Shown here piece by piece: positions 51,657 to 52,080 of a stretch of DNA of 52,080 nucleotides. The position numbers and the translations under genes are program-made. Location: positions 1-52,080 of the forward strand of contig CAZUZJ010000001.1 in assembly GCA_964624225.1 (NCBI GenBank). The letters are read 5' to 3'. The notes under the pieces were generated by a model. The model saw nothing but the letters and a program-made list of their open reading frames with translations, made no database searches and was not told where the DNA came from. Within the stretch, counting starts at the first letter, position 1, and the number at the start of each line of letters is the position of its first letter. The DNA comes from an uncultured Desulfobulbia bacterium. GTDB taxonomy: Bacteria; Desulfobacterota; Desulfobulbia; Desulfobulbales; SURF-16.

Positions 51657-51917
51657 ATGGCGCACATTGCAGAGCCGCAGGAATCTTCCGCAGCCAAGCT
51701 CGTAAAGGGCAGCGGGGAGCTTTGTGGAATCCACGTCGAGCCCGCCGAGAACGGCTTCGTGGTGGAAATCGTTAAAAAGCAGCATGACGACAAAGATGAT
51801 ACCATGCCGATGAGAAAAAGCGAGCGGAAAGTTTACGGCTCGCAGGACATTGAAAAGCTGCTTGACGAGATGCACGGCACGCTTACCGCCCATCTTGGGG
51901 CAAAAAAGAGGAAATAG
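51657..51917 (+). CDS. Hypothetical protein (86 aa)
   Basis: ATG at 51657 lies 10 nt after GGAGG. Confidence 0.6.
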   Translation: MAHIAEPQESSAAKLVKGSGELCGIHVEPAENGFVVEIVKKQHDDKDDTMPMRKSERKVYGSQDIEKLLDEMHGTLTAHLGAKKRK

Positions 51918-51923
51918 AATCGC

Positions 51924-52080
51924 ATGGCTACTCCGGGTCTCATCGCGCAGTATCGGTCCTATCTTCAAGGGGCCATATCCGCCCCCTTCCGATATCTAGA
52001 CCCCAACGCGCCCGTTGATGAGTTCGGCAATCCAATAAACCCAAGCGCGCCAACCAGCCAAGCTCCCAATACTCCAAGCG
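51924..52080 (+). CDS. 5' part of a gene running off the window (MATPGLIAQYRSYLQGAISAPF...)
   Basis: ATG at 51924 follows AAGAGGAAA. The frame stays open to the window end. Confidence 0.5.
   Translation, partial: MATPGLIAQYRSYLQGAISAPFRYLDPNAPVDEFGNPINPSAPTSQAPNTPS

Overview
The window looks like most of a high-GC tailed-phage or prophage genome from a diderm host, read as if circularly permuted. No rRNA, CRISPR array, canonical tRNA or integrase is visible. Modules in order: tail-fibre-like genes (1-2923); a LuxR-type regulator plus lysis cassette (2945-4065); envelope or secreted 'moron' genes (4069-6559); a DNA methylase and an HTH regulator (6581-7814, minus strand); a Toprim primase/helicase (7981-10458) followed by an iteron/AT-rich origin-like region (10462-10665); an inserted IS1595-family transposon with cargo (10707-13274); a long leftward early operon (23659 down to 13358) with ArdC-like, Rad52-like annealase, YqaJ exonuclease, HNH and ERCC4 nucleases and many small proteins; a ~1.3 kb largely non-coding control region (23660-24962); and a rightward late operon (24963 to the window end) ordered like a podovirus. 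Best leads: (1) the transposon, which has inverted repeats, an 8-bp target duplication and a PIN-domain cargo module; (2) a 13-bp palindrome, TGTAA-N3-TTACA, found only in non-coding or gene-boundary positions, clustered in the control region and single ahead of late gene blocks; (3) an orphan tRNA-like T-arm/acceptor minihelix; (4) late genes that seem to start at AUU/AUC. Functions are inferred by eye from motifs and gene order. No searches were run.
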